From: a bacterium
Lineage (GTDB): Bacteria > Patescibacteriota > Saccharimonadia > Saccharimonadales > SZUA-47
DNA: 64,000 bases
Direction: 5' to 3'
Assembly (NCBI GenBank): GCA_030427125.1
Contig: JAUHXF010000001.1
Span: forward strand, 19,091 to 83,090
Position numbers and translations under genes: made by a program. Below the pieces are notes generated by a model, which ran no database searches, was not told the origin of the DNA, and saw nothing but the letters and a program-made list of their open reading frames with translations. The stretch's first letter is position 1. The number at the start of each line of letters is the position of its first letter. Of this stretch, positions 16,023-25,714 are shown piece by piece.

Positions 16023-17339
16023 TTAGAGATAGTGAAATCCACGCTCTAGTTTGCTGATTGTCTCTCTCACTTCTTTCTCTGTTTTAGCTTGAGCCCAAAC
16101 CCGCAGGACAGGTTCGGTTCCTGAGCGTCTTACAACTACTCCGGCGTCGTCATGCGCTCCCAGTTGCTGGTCGATCACCTCTTCAATTGTTTCATCACTG
16201 AGCATCGATAGTTTTTCAGGAGGTAAGTGAATATTTTTCATTCGTTCTGGCCACAGTGGCAGCCCACTATACACATCGTCCAATGTTCCTTCTTCTTGTG
16301 CCAACAATACAGCCATGTGAGCAGCCATATATAAACCATCTCCACTTGAGAGATGCGTCCTATCTATTAAGTGTCCAGTGAACTCTCCTCCACGCTGTAG
16401 CCCGAGTTCACGGAGTTTTTTGGTTACCTTGCTGTCGCCGTTATCGCATTCATGAAAACTAATTCTTCTTATCCGTAGGTTTTCACGTAAAGCATTGTTT
16501 GTATAAAGAGTACCGACAATTCCGCGTTGATCATCTGCAAGATATTGCATCCAATGATTCCCGTTAACCTCATGTCCTTTAGGTGAGACACCCATAACTC
16601 GATCGCCATCACCATCAAATGAGAATCCACCTAAAAATTCGCCATCATCAAAGTCGTCTGGTACACGAGTCATAAATTGTGTAAGCCCTTGCAGGTCTGC
16701 AGCCCCAAACCCTTGGTTGATAGGTGCCCCAGTGTGAGTAGCTATTGTCGTTGTGTTAGCACCCAAGTGTTCACGAAAGAATTTTGGTGCTACATAACTC
16801 ATAGCTCCGTTTGCACAATCTAGAATTACTCGTTTACCTAGTAATGATCCTTCAGGAAAAGCTTGGCATAATGAGTCGTAGTAGGAGTCCAATGCACCTG
16901 AGTAGACGGCATCGTTTTGGTGTAGCAACGAACGATTCCTGTCTAGTGATTGAAGCTCTGTGTAATGATCCTCAAAAGATTGTATTGTATCTTCGTCAAG
17001 TTTATCTCCTCTGATAAATGGTTTAAAGCCGTTATCATACTCGGGGTTATGGCTAGCAGTAACTACTATTCCGGCACCAACTGATTCTGATAGTTTAGCA
17101 ACGGCAGGGGTGGGTGCTAATCCTACTATCCAAGGTAAGCAAGCGGCTGCCGACACACCCGCTGCAGTAGCTTGAGCCAATTCAGGGCTGGACTGCCTAG
17201 AGTCATGCCCGATAATTACCTCACTTGCAATGGGTAACTGGCAAGCGAGTGTTGCCCCCAAATCATAAAATGCTTCTGGGTTAATATGTTCGCTCCCGTA
17301 TTTTCCACGTATGCCGTCAGTTCCAAAAATTTCTGCCAT
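16023..17339 (-). CDS. glmM: Phosphoglucosamine mutase / phosphohexomutase
   Basis: FGTDGIRG at the N-terminus, active-site TASHNP and metal loop FDGDGDR. AAAGGAA lies upstream as a Shine-Dalgarno sequence. Confidence 0.8.
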   Translation of the reverse strand: MAEIFGTDGIRGKYGSEHINPEAFYDLGATLACQLPIASEVIIGHDSRQSSPELAQATAAGVSAAACLPWIVGLAPTPAVAKLSESVGAGIVVTASHNPEYDNGFKPFIRGDKLDEDTIQSFEDHYTELQSLDRNRSLLHQNDAVYSGALDSYYDSLCQAFPEGSLLGKRVILDCANGAMSYVAPKFFREHLGANTTTIATHTGAPINQGFGAADLQGLTQFMTRVPDDFDDGEFLGGFSFDGDGDRVMGVSPKGHEVNGNHWMQYLADDQRGIVGTLYTNNALRENLRIRRISFHECDNGDSKVTKKLRELGLQRGGEFTGHLIDRTHLSSGDGLYMAAHMAVLLAQEEGTLDDVYSGLPLWPERMKNIHLPPEKLSMLSDETIEEVIDQQLGAHDDAGVVVRRSGTEPVLRVWAQAKTEKEVRETISKLERGFHYL

Positions 17340-17481
17340 AATGTTCCTTTCGTGTTTGTATCATCATCCTAGATAAGCGAAGACTTCAAAAAAATGTTAA
17401 ATTTAATCACCTAGTAGGCATGGCTAGCTATACTGAATGAGCTTGTGAGACTCTATGAAGGTAAAAAGGTTGTATTTTTTG

Positions 17482-18165
17482 CTAATCTTGTTTTTCTAAA
17501 AATTCAGTAATTCTGTCGGTATGAATAATAAATCCACCATTGGCGGTGTCCTTGTACATTTTTTCATCCTCTAGTTCTTTCATCTGGATGCTCGCCGTTG
17601 AGCGGTTGAGGCCTGCCATATCAGCAATCATTTGGTGAGTGGTCGGAACACGAACGCGGTTTGTGCACTGCGCAATCTCTTCGCCATGAGATTTCGCCAG
17701 ATACGCTAGAACCTGCGCAACTTTGTGTTTCGCGCTCGTCGCTTCAATACACTCTAGTCTGTACATGATGTCACTCGTTCGTTCTACAAAATATTGGAGC
17801 ATGTGTAGCGAGAATGCATGACTTGATTTCAAGTGTTCTACAAAAGCAGCACGTTCTATAACTGATACTTTGACATCAGTTATAGATTCGTAGAAGTAGT
17901 GAAGCGGGTCAGATGAATCGAACAGCCATATAAGTGGAAATACATCTCCGGGCCCGAGAATCAGTAGGAGTTTTTCTTCCCCTGAGGCAGTAATATCGTA
18001 CATTTTGATATAGCCCGTTTTTATTCTGAAGGCGCTATTTGTTTTTTCTCCTTGGTACAGCAAAATCTGGCCTTTTGGATAGTCTCGGTCGTGTGCTTCA
18101 GTGAAAACTGATTCTATATCTTTTATTTGTTGCATATCTAACAATTTCCCTGCACGTATTATCAC
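17482..18165 (-). CDS. Crp/Fnr family transcriptional regulator
   Basis: cNMP-binding-like barrel followed by a C-terminal HTH (QMIADMAGLNRSTASIQMKELE). The start is uncertain, either GTG 18165 or ATG 18135. Confidence 0.75.
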   Translation of the reverse strand: MIIRAGKLLDMQQIKDIESVFTEAHDRDYPKGQILLYQGEKTNSAFRIKTGYIKMYDITASGEEKLLLILGPGDVFPLIWLFDSSDPLHYFYESITDVKVSVIERAAFVEHLKSSHAFSLHMLQYFVERTSDIMYRLECIEATSAKHKVAQVLAYLAKSHGEEIAQCTNRVRVPTTHQMIADMAGLNRSTASIQMKELEDEKMYKDTANGGFIIHTDRITEFLEKQD

Positions 18166-18249
18166 ACGGCACCTGTATATCTACTAACTGTTAAATAATA
18201 AAAGCGCAGTTATTCTGGAGTTATCAAATTAACAAACGAGGTATATGCC

Positions 18250-18750
18250 ATGAGTGAAAGAGTTAAGCCAAGTATGTATGTGGCACTAGTCAGAACGTTA
18301 AAGATGTCAATGCTCTTTGGGTTTTCTGCGCTGGTCATTCTATCAATAATTAGTTTCATAGACTTTATGCAGAACCCTGCTGAAAGCGTACTGTTTAACG
18401 CGTATTTAGACCCAATTTTTTGGTCGCAGACCATAGTAAGTCTCGGTCTATTAGGTGGTGTGCTGTATGGATTCACGGTCGGTCCAATTCGACTGCTGAG
18501 CACACGAATAAGCACTTCTTTAAAAGGGATAGCAATATCAGAAGGCGTCTTCAAGAGCCGACGTACAGTATATGCATTTGACACTGTTGATAGTGTCGGA
18601 GTGCACCAAAATAAACTAGAAAAAATGTTTGATGTTTCGGAAGTATATATAACTACGACCGACGACAATACTGAATTATTTCTTATTCCACAACATGAAG
18701 CCCGTTCATTTGCTGATGCATTACAAATGCAAGTCGCGAACGGAGTGTAA
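18250..18750 (+). CDS. Membrane protein with bacterial PH (bPH_2, YdbS/YdbT-like) domain
   Basis: Two TM helices are followed by a GIAISEGVFKSRRTVYAFDTVDSVGVHQNKLEKMFDVSEVYITT pattern. The antisense ORF 18210-18668 is judged a shadow. Confidence 0.55.
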   Translation: MSERVKPSMYVALVRTLKMSMLFGFSALVILSIISFIDFMQNPAESVLFNAYLDPIFWSQTIVSLGLLGGVLYGFTVGPIRLLSTRISTSLKGIAISEGVFKSRRTVYAFDTVDSVGVHQNKLEKMFDVSEVYITTTDDNTELFLIPQHEARSFADALQMQVANGV

Positions 18751-18776
18751 ATTAATTTAAATCGAAAGGAACAATA

Positions 18777-19031
18777 ATGGGAATCATAGCATTCATAATT
18801 TTAGGTGGACTAGCTGGCTGGGTAGCATCAATGATATTTGGAAACAACGAGGAGCAAGGAATAATCGGTAACATTATCGTTGGTATTATCGGAGCATTCA
18901 TCGGAGGTTTCATCGTAAATATTATCGGTGGCGACGGCATTACTGGTTTTAATATATATAGTTTTGTTGTTGCGCTGGGTGGTTCGTTAATCACTTTGTT
19001 CATAGCGAGAAGCATGTTTAATGCAGCCTGA
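18777..19031 (+). CDS. GlsB/YeaQ/YmgE family stress-response membrane protein
   Basis: MGIIAFIILGGLAGWVASMIFG and repeated GxxxG helices. Confidence 0.75.
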   Translation: MGIIAFIILGGLAGWVASMIFGNNEEQGIIGNIIVGIIGAFIGGFIVNIIGGDGITGFNIYSFVVALGGSLITLFIARSMFNAA

Positions 19032-19062
19032 ATTATATAAACCACTACCTCACAGACGAACT

Positions 19063-19320
19063 ATGAAAGAGGAGAAGCCTGATTCTCAAACAACACGTCC
19101 GGAGGAAAGAGGATTATCTGAAAGCCAGAAGAATCGGTTTCGAGCCGCGCGATATGTGCTCGAAATCGTCAGGAGGAGATTTCACGAATCTAAGGAGAAG
19201 TTTAGGCTCAGAAAACAATTGCGAGCTGAGCGTAATAAAAACCGGAAGATTCAAAGAGAGCGTGCTAATAAACTAGGTAAACAAGTTATGAAAGAATTAC
19301 GAGAAAGGAGAGAATCGTGA
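19063..19320 (+). CDS. Hypothetical highly basic small protein
   Basis: Lys/Arg-rich, roughly 85-99 aa. The start is uncertain (19021 or 19063). Its stop overlaps the next gene's GTG (GTGA). Confidence 0.35.
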   Translation: MKEEKPDSQTTRPEERGLSESQKNRFRAARYVLEIVRRRFHESKEKFRLRKQLRAERNKNRKIQRERANKLGKQVMKELRERRES

Positions 19321-19616
19321 ACGTCCTCGCGAACGTAGCCAGAGCAATCGTCAATTTCATGTTGGCAATTGTCGGGGTACTATTAGGATTACGGTTTGTA
19401 TTAAAATTGTTTGGCGCTAATGCAGAAAATGGTTTTGTGAATTGGGTCTATGAGGTATCTGGAGAGATTCTCGGGCCATTCAGAGGCATATTCCCCAGTG
19501 CAAATGTAGAAGGTTTTGTCGTAGAGTTCTCGACAATATTTGCCTTAATGGTGTATGCAATTATAGGAATGCTCGCCTACTACTTAATTGACGTATTAGA
19601 TCTGAGAAGGAGGTAA
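19317..19616 (+). CDS. YggT family membrane protein
   Basis: 99 aa and two TM helices with an LLGLRFVLKLF pattern. Confidence 0.55.
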   Translation: MNVLANVARAIVNFMLAIVGVLLGLRFVLKLFGANAENGFVNWVYEVSGEILGPFRGIFPSANVEGFVVEFSTIFALMVYAIIGMLAYYLIDVLDLRRR

Positions 19617-19619
19617 AAA

Positions 19620-19832
19620 GTGAAACAATACGAGACATTACAGGCGTTACCAAAAGGAGTAGCAGACAATCTGCCGCTTCATGCGCAAGAGATATATAAA
19701 AGCACTTTCAATAATGCAATGGAGTCTCACAGAGACGAAGAAAATGCTGAGTCGATAGCGCATAGGATTGCTTGGTCTGCAGTTAAGCAGACCTACGAGC
19801 AAACTGGTACAGGCGCGTGGCGCAAGAAGTGA
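19620..19832 (+). CDS. ChaB family protein
   Basis: LPLHAQEIYKSTFNNA...AHRIAWSAVKQTYE matches the ChaB pattern. GAAGGAGG lies upstream of the GTG. Confidence 0.7.
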   Translation: MKQYETLQALPKGVADNLPLHAQEIYKSTFNNAMESHRDEENAESIAHRIAWSAVKQTYEQTGTGAWRKK

Positions 19833-19866
19833 TAGCAGGATTAGTGGAGCGAAATAATCCTTTAAT

Positions 19867-20469
19867 CTATATCAGATAGTCGTTGTATGTCTGCAGCTGT
19901 TGAATTTCAGAGCCAGTGTCTACGAAGTAAAGATACACTTCAGCTTCACCTCCTGGTGCGAGTTCTAGCGTCAAATACTCTTTATTGTCATCAAGATTAA
20001 GATCGTCTTCTGTTGAGACAGTCGTAGATCGAGTAATCCTACCGTTATCGTCGGTATATCCTACGTCGCCTTCGTAGTAGTTGTAGATTGAGTCAGTGTC
20101 ATTAACTATTTGCACCTTCACTACGCGAATACTGCTGTCTTTAAATTTTTCTTCATCAGTATCATAATCATAACCATCAGGAACGCTTAATGTTTTTACT
20201 TCCTGGGAAAGTATGGTGAATTCAGGTGAATAGTTATTTGCGGGGTCATTCTCATCGAAATCACTTGGCGTTTCAAATGATGCCGTTGCTTCAGCCATCC
20301 TGGCCTGACCATATTCGGTATTTCCGTAGTAGTCGTCACGTATCTCATATAGATATTTATTCGTCTGACTTTGTTGTAGGAAAAGGTATATAACAGCTAG
20401 TATTGTTGCTACTAGAATTAGGGCCATTAATATCGAGATAACTTTGCTTTTATTAACATTAATTGTCAT
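19867..20469 (-). CDS. Hypothetical membrane-anchored extracytoplasmic protein
   Basis: N-terminal TM helix, D/E/Y-rich beta-type domain. AAGAGGA lies upstream as a Shine-Dalgarno sequence. Confidence 0.5.
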   Translation of the reverse strand: MTINVNKSKVISILMALILVATILAVIYLFLQQSQTNKYLYEIRDDYYGNTEYGQARMAEATASFETPSDFDENDPANNYSPEFTILSQEVKTLSVPDGYDYDTDEEKFKDSSIRVVKVQIVNDTDSIYNYYEGDVGYTDDNGRITRSTTVSTEDDLNLDDNKEYLTLELAPGGEAEVYLYFVDTGSEIQQLQTYNDYLI

Positions 20470-20571
20470 TTCTATGTCCTCTTATGAGCTAAATATAGCA
20501 TGCTTGAAAAAAAGAACAGCTAGAAAAAAATGCAAATATATTGCACTGTTATTTAATGGTAGGATTAGGCG

Positions 20572-21195
20572 GTGAATATTTTCAAAAATTACTGGGCCGA
20601 AGTGTTATTTATCATTTTGACAATTGGCGGAATAGTCTTGCTGGCTCTCGGTGTTGACACGATTATTCGGCTTACTCCACTTTATATATTGTTGAACGCC
20701 GCAATAATTGTGTATAGGTACTGGTCGATTCCTCATATCAAATCTATTATTGGTGTTGCTGCTTGCATCGGATTCTTCGCTGAATTATTAGGTGTGCAAA
20801 CAGGCATTATATTTGGGGATTACATATATGGTTCAGTACTTGGTCCGAAAATATTCGATGTGCCTATTATGGTCGGTGTTATGTGGGCGCTCGTGATGCT
20901 CGTTATTTGGTCGGTTCTTCCAGAAAAGTGGCGGCTGTATAGAATCCCTGTAGCTGGTTTGCTGGCAGCGCTGTACGACTTAGTTCTTGAGCATTTTGCA
21001 ACTCGGTTTGGTTTATGGGGTTGGGACGGAAGTATTCCACTGAGCAATTATCTTGGTTGGTTTGTAGTAGCCACGCTAATTGCGAGCATATATACATATA
21101 ATGGTTATGTGCTGAAGCCAACAGTAATTGCAGCTATCACAATGCCCCTACATATCGTGTTTTTTGTGACTGCGCTTGTGCTCGTGCGTGTCTAG
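20572..21195 (+). CDS. Carotenoid biosynthesis protein family (DUF422/PF04240-like) membrane protein
   Basis: Polytopic. The TGIIFGDYIYGSVLGPKIFDVPIMVGVMWAL block resembles the conserved FGxYxY..LG...VP....W core of this family. GTG start. Confidence 0.5.
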   Translation: MNIFKNYWAEVLFIILTIGGIVLLALGVDTIIRLTPLYILLNAAIIVYRYWSIPHIKSIIGVAACIGFFAELLGVQTGIIFGDYIYGSVLGPKIFDVPIMVGVMWALVMLVIWSVLPEKWRLYRIPVAGLLAALYDLVLEHFATRFGLWGWDGSIPLSNYLGWFVVATLIASIYTYNGYVLKPTVIAAITMPLHIVFFVTALVLVRV

Positions 21196-21240
21196 AATTG
21201 ACGATTCACATATACTAGTAGACATAACGGAGGGTACAAC

Positions 21241-21534
21241 ATGGCAGCAAAATCTACGAAAGATAAAGAATTCGAGAAGGAATTTGAAAAAAACTTTGAG
21301 CGGTATATAAAGTCAAAATTTGAAGGTTGGGATAAGAAAAGTAAAAAGAATAATGCATCCACTCACTCGAGTGGTGGAGCACTTTACTTCGTTGGATTTG
21401 TAGGAGCGCTCGTGTATTGGATGCAAGCGGCAGTTGGTTTCGGCGCTGTGTTAACTGGTTTCTTAAAAGCGCTCGCCTGGCCAGCATACGTTGTGTATAA
21501 ACTGCTCGAAAACTTTTATGGCGTCGTACTTTAA
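21241..21534 (+). CDS. Hypothetical membrane protein
   Basis: 97 aa with a charged N-terminus and two TM helices. GGAGGG lies upstream as a Shine-Dalgarno sequence. Confidence 0.5.
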   Translation: MAAKSTKDKEFEKEFEKNFERYIKSKFEGWDKKSKKNNASTHSSGGALYFVGFVGALVYWMQAAVGFGAVLTGFLKALAWPAYVVYKLLENFYGVVL

Positions 21535-21582
21535 GCGAATGTAATCGTCCACATCCTGTATAATTGCATGCAAGAGGAATGA

Positions 21583-22302
21583 GTGGAAAATAAAAAAGAA
21601 TTTGCACTAGCCATGGTTATTATCGCCGTTGTTGCAGCTGTAATTGGTGGCTACATATTCATGCAGAATAGTGATGAAACTATGTCGCGACAAACAGACC
21701 CGCAGACGAATGGACAAGCCGGAGTTATTGCCATGTTGGGGCAGCAACAAGCAGCCCAGCCACAAGTCCAAGCGGAGTCCATCACACCTCAGCCCGTAGA
21801 GACACCAGAAACAAAACCTGTCGAAAATGAACCACCCGTAGATGAAACGATAGAACCGTATGATTTAAAACTGCCAGAGGGATGGAAGAAAAAAGATTCA
21901 AAAGATGTTGAAAAGTCATGTGTTACAGGCAAAGACGCAATTATCGACACATACCAAAAAGGTGCAGAAACGATAAAGGTGTACGAGAACACACGTCCAG
22001 GTGGTTGCAACGGTAAGACTGTTGCAGACGTTGATCTGGCATTTACATTCAATGAAGATGGTGAAGGGCTAAAAGTCGCAACCGGAAAAATAAAACAATG
22101 CAGTAAAGATGAAAATGAATTATGTCCAAAAGGAGATGGTCGCGTGAGCGTCTTTATTAGTAACTTGCAAGAATCTGAACTTATATCTAATCCAAAGACA
22201 GGCAATGGTTACTTTATCGAAATTGTAGATACTGAAGTTGATGCAAGTCTCGAAACTCAAGTCAAAAAACTCGCAAAATTAGTCCAAGACATCACCTTTT
22301 AG
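21583..22302 (+). CDS. Hypothetical secreted/anchored protein
   Basis: N-terminal TM helix, a Q/P-rich linker and a Cys-containing globular domain. GTG start with AGAGGAA upstream. Confidence 0.5.
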   Translation: MENKKEFALAMVIIAVVAAVIGGYIFMQNSDETMSRQTDPQTNGQAGVIAMLGQQQAAQPQVQAESITPQPVETPETKPVENEPPVDETIEPYDLKLPEGWKKKDSKDVEKSCVTGKDAIIDTYQKGAETIKVYENTRPGGCNGKTVADVDLAFTFNEDGEGLKVATGKIKQCSKDENELCPKGDGRVSVFISNLQESELISNPKTGNGYFIEIVDTEVDASLETQVKKLAKLVQDITF

Positions 22303-22306
22303 CTGG

Positions 22307-22738
22307 TCAGCGATGAAGTCTGAAGTATGGTTTTCTGATATAAAAAAGCACCTTCATAGTTCTCTTGCCTGGTTTAATGAGGTGTGTGTGCTGGTGGATT
22401 ACTGATTTAATGGTGCTTTGTGGAGCTCGAGCCCATACGTTGTAGCCATCTTTTTCATAGCTACTTATAAGTTGCACATATTCCTGGGCTTCTGTAGGGG
22501 TTAGGTCGCTTAGTGTGTCGGTATGTTGCTTCGGTACTATCATTAGGTGATCATTTACAGTCTGGTCATCCCAAAGTGAGTAGGGGAATTTATTAATAAT
22601 GATCTTAAAATGCTTAGTCTCAGATATAAATTCTTCACTTGAGCTGTCAATTTCACAGAAAACACAGTTTCTCTTCCCTTTGAAAGATCTTCTGTCTTTT
22701 TTGTAGCTTCGCCATTCTTTGGATGATCGTGTAGACAT
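22307..22738 (-). CDS. HIT family (histidine triad) protein
   Basis: CVFCEI and histidine triad HQHTHLI. I prefer the ATG at 22738, because the alternative GTG at 22759 would sit inside a TGcTACACT -10 box (22750-22758, minus). Confidence 0.65.
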   Translation of the reverse strand: MSTRSSKEWRSYKKDRRSFKGKRNCVFCEIDSSSEEFISETKHFKIIINKFPYSLWDDQTVNDHLMIVPKQHTDTLSDLTPTEAQEYVQLISSYEKDGYNVWARAPQSTIKSVIHQHTHLIKPGKRTMKVLFYIRKPYFRLHR

Positions 22739-22783
22739 AATAGGCAACAAGTGTAGCACCTATCGTGATTTAGAAGAAGAGGA

Positions 22784-22789
22784 TATACT
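22784..22789 (+). promoter_or_regulatory. -10 box (TATACT) 6 nt upstream of the uppP ATG; leaderless mRNA predicted
   Basis: TATACT-GGTGTG-ATG. Confidence 0.35.
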
Positions 22790-22795
22790 GGTGTG

Positions 22796-23572
22796 ATGAG
22801 CATTATAGAAGCAATCATTCTTGGTTTGCTGCAAGGTTTAACGGAGTTTATACCTGTTTCAAGCTCTGGGCATTTACTGATAGCTCACGAGATATTTGGT
22901 ACGACCACAAACACGCTAGCTTTTGATGTTGCTTTGCACGTCGGAACACTTATCGCACTTATCTATTACTTTTGGCGTGACATACTAACGCTCGCAAAGA
23001 ATGTGCTAACCAAAAATAAAGAAGGAGCTCTCGCTCGGTTATTGGTATATGCAACCCTTCCAGCTGCTTTGTTGGGGTTTGTTTTTTCTGATTTTATCGA
23101 CGACCACCTCAGAGAACCAATCGTAGTTGTTATAACGTTGAGCATTATTGCTGTACTCATGATAATTGCAGATAAGCTTTCAGTGAGTAGAAAAAAAACG
23201 GATGAAGTCTCAACAGGTCAGGGGTTGTCTATTGGCTTTGCGCAGGCGTTAGCGCTTGTTCCAGGCGTGTCACGTTCGGGTATCACGATAACAACGGGAG
23301 TTCTAGCAGGATTGACGAAGAAAGAGGCTGCACGATTTTCATTTTTGCTCGCGGTACCAATTATTTCAGGTTCAGCACTAGGAATTTTTCTTCAAGAGTC
23401 CGATGGACTGTCGACGGGTGGATGGCAAATAGCATTTGGTATGATTGCAGCTTGCATTAGTGGTCTATTTGCAATCAAATTCATGCTCGGAATTATTGAG
23501 AAAACTGGACTAACGCCTTTTGCATACTATCGATTTATCGTTGCTGTGTTGGTTCTTATCTTCTTAGTATAG
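22796..23572 (+). CDS. uppP: Undecaprenyl-diphosphate phosphatase
   Basis: SIIEAIILGLLQGLTEFIPVSSSGHL and GVSRSG motifs in a polytopic protein. Confidence 0.9.
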   Translation: MSIIEAIILGLLQGLTEFIPVSSSGHLLIAHEIFGTTTNTLAFDVALHVGTLIALIYYFWRDILTLAKNVLTKNKEGALARLLVYATLPAALLGFVFSDFIDDHLREPIVVVITLSIIAVLMIIADKLSVSRKKTDEVSTGQGLSIGFAQALALVPGVSRSGITITTGVLAGLTKKEAARFSFLLAVPIISGSALGIFLQESDGLSTGGWQIAFGMIAACISGLFAIKFMLGIIEKTGLTPFAYYRFIVAVLVLIFLV

Positions 23573-23602
23573 TAAAATACTGCTAAAGCTTAAGGGGGAG
23601 AT

Positions 23603-24340
23603 ATGACGTTTAGTGTAAACATGAAACGATTGTTTCAAGGAGCACAGTTTTTGCTAGTGATTGCAGTATTTGGGTTGGTTTTATGGTCTCAGCCATGGAG
23701 CACTACATCGAGCTCTGATGCGGTGAAGACGATTACGGTCACCGGTGAAACAACTATTGAAGCAACGCCTGATGAGTTTACGTTCTATCCGTACTTTCGC
23801 AAAGAGGGTACAGATAAAGATGCACTTCGAGAGGAACTTGTCTCAGATGCGAACGCTATCGTGAACTCCTTGAAGGACCTAGGAGTAGCCGAGGAACAGA
23901 TTCAGCTTGATGCAAGTAGTTATGACGCTTGGTACTGGCAAGAGGACGAAGAAGGGATTTTGACCGTAAACCTTACAATAACGACAAAAGACGACGATCA
24001 AGCGCAGGCTATACAAGATTATCTACTGACCACTGACGCCGAAGGACAATTAACACCTCAAACGACATTTAGTGATGAGAAGCAAAAAGAGTTAGATGCG
24101 CTTGCTGTGGAACAGGCTGCAGCTGATGCTAAAGAAAAGGCGGCAAAACAGGCAGAACTATTTGGAGCTGAACTCGGTGATGTGCAAGAAATTAGTCAGG
24201 GAAGAGATTCGATATTCGGAGGCTACCCTATTGCAGCTGAGCTAGATCTACAGCGTAGTAGCGAAGCTAGCTTACCAGTTCTTCCTGGTCAAGACGACTA
24301 TCGACAGACAGTCGTTGTCGTCTACGAGTTGAAGCAATAA
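23603..24340 (+). CDS. SIMPL (DUF541) domain protein
   Basis: Signal anchor, ITVTGE...EATPDE start of the domain and LPVLPGQ...VVVVYEL end. AAGGGGGAG lies upstream as a Shine-Dalgarno sequence. Confidence 0.65.
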   Translation: MTFSVNMKRLFQGAQFLLVIAVFGLVLWSQPWSTTSSSDAVKTITVTGETTIEATPDEFTFYPYFRKEGTDKDALREELVSDANAIVNSLKDLGVAEEQIQLDASSYDAWYWQEDEEGILTVNLTITTKDDDQAQAIQDYLLTTDAEGQLTPQTTFSDEKQKELDALAVEQAAADAKEKAAKQAELFGAELGDVQEISQGRDSIFGGYPIAAELDLQRSSEASLPVLPGQDDYRQTVVVVYELKQ

Positions 24341-25468
24341 TTACGCCGCGTGCGTGTAGATGAATTCCAAATGTCTATCTTTATATAAAATATTTGGTCC
24401 GGGTGGGTTATATCTTGGTCTGTATTTTCCGGATGGTTTAAAGATGCTACCGGCTGCGCTAATTTCCCAAGCTGCTTGATGCACATCATTTTGCTTCTCG
24501 ATAAACCGTGGAGCGAGAAACGCAAACGGTGTTGGTTGTGGCTTGAGTAGCGTGTCTCTTTTGCCTGTAAATGGATTGGTATAAATATAGAGCGGTATGA
24601 CCATGACGTCGCTCATATCATCATGTCTTCCTCCAGCGATGAGTTTGGTAGTTCCAGAGGCATATGTAGCTTCAATATCGCGCTGTATGTCATGATTAAC
24701 CTCCATTTCTGTCCCTGCTGGTGCCATGAATATATCGCGACCGGATAGTTTACGTAATGCTTTATAGGCTTGCACGGTGCTCCCATTCAAATTCTTTCGG
24801 AGCTGACCTCCCTGAGGAACTCGATTAATAAATCTATCGTAGCCCGAGCCACTGCTCGGAAGTGTGCCAACTTGGCCGCCTGCAACTAGCAGTACGTCAT
24901 CTGAGATGAAGCCACCTTGATGCTCAAAATCACTCGGTTCATACAGTGTTTTAATCAGATCATTTTGGAATAAGTTGATAAGTCTGTGCGTAATTATATC
25001 TTGTGAGTGCTGTGGGTTATCTTGACCAGCCATGAGTTTTGCAATCGCTGATGCAGCTAATAATGAAGGTAAATCTGCGTATGTCTGGTGATTACAGATG
25101 AATAGAATATTGCCGCCTAGTGCTTTGTGGCGCTGAACGTCATCGCTGGAGTATATTTCTGAGAAGGCCGTAACCAGTGCCTCCCAGTCCCCGGGAAGCA
25201 TGACAAGACTACCTACAGTGTTAGACAACCACTCGATATGTTCAGGGCTTATGTCTTCGCGTGCGGGCAGGTAGGAGTACGAAGCATCCAGTGGGTGGGG
25301 CCTTCCAAGACGATCGAGATCTTCAGGGAATTCTCTAACACCGAAGCGAGAAGCATGTTTTGACGAATTAATCTCATGAGCCAGGTGTTCATGGATTGCT
25401 TGAGATTGTTCCGGAGAGACTTCGACACGCTGATCTTCAGCTAGGACATACGTATTTCGCATACTCAT
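24341..25468 (-). CDS. Putative acyltransferase (PlsC/GPAT-like HX4D motif)
   Basis: 375 aa. CNHQTYADLP contains the H-x4-D acyltransferase motif. The rest is unassigned. Confidence 0.4.
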   Translation of the reverse strand: MSMRNTYVLAEDQRVEVSPEQSQAIHEHLAHEINSSKHASRFGVREFPEDLDRLGRPHPLDASYSYLPAREDISPEHIEWLSNTVGSLVMLPGDWEALVTAFSEIYSSDDVQRHKALGGNILFICNHQTYADLPSLLAASAIAKLMAGQDNPQHSQDIITHRLINLFQNDLIKTLYEPSDFEHQGGFISDDVLLVAGGQVGTLPSSGSGYDRFINRVPQGGQLRKNLNGSTVQAYKALRKLSGRDIFMAPAGTEMEVNHDIQRDIEATYASGTTKLIAGGRHDDMSDVMVIPLYIYTNPFTGKRDTLLKPQPTPFAFLAPRFIEKQNDVHQAAWEISAAGSIFKPSGKYRPRYNPPGPNILYKDRHLEFIYTHAA

Positions 25469-25577
25469 ACAGTAAACTAGTTAAGGGACAATAAAAAGTA
25501 AAAAATACTATATCTAGCGTTTAGAATTGAGTGTACACTACTAGCAGTTTCGAGCAATCGAGCGCTTAAAAGCAAAA

Positions 25578-25670
25578 ATCGCCGGAAGAAGGGTGTAATT
25601 CCCTCACTGTGCCGCAACGGTTAAAGTCCGATCTGGCGTTAAAGTCCCGAGCAGGAAAACGAGAGATTTG
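25578..25670 (+). promoter_or_regulatory. Cobalamin riboswitch-like element (compact, class-II-like)
   Basis: The core CGGAA-GAAG-GGTG-TAATTCC-CTCA-CTG-T-GCCGC-AACGGT-TAAAGTCCGATCTGGCG follows my recollection of the RF00174 blocks (GGGAA, GGTGnnAAnTCC, CnG..CCGCnACnGT, B12-box-like AGTCCGA..CTGGCG). Hand-folded helices are 25580-85/25633-38, 25590-93/25601-04 and 25606-10/25617-21. Confidence 0.5.
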
Positions 25671-25680
25671 TATCTTCAAG

Positions 25681-25712
25681 CCCTCTTTACCAACGCTGGG
25701 AAGAGGGTTTTT
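25681..25712 (+). terminator. Intrinsic terminator / RBS-sequestering hairpin forming the riboswitch expression platform
   Basis: CCCTCTT (25681-87) pairs with AAGAGGG (25701-07), followed by T5. The hairpin 3' arm GGAAGAGGG is the only Shine-Dalgarno-like sequence before ATG 25715. Confidence 0.6.
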
Positions 25713-25714
25713 AA

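Noticed and set aside
25578-25670. Alternative identities for the structured leader: TPP riboswitch (CCGATCTGGCG resembles CTGATCTGG..CCAGCG) or an RNase P CR-I-like AAAGTCC repeat
   Set aside because: The obligatory CTGAGA block and pyrimidine-sensor helix of TPP elements are absent. The 245-nt gap is too short for RNase P RNA, and other RNase P conserved regions are missing. The cobalamin core fits better but still needs an Infernal test.
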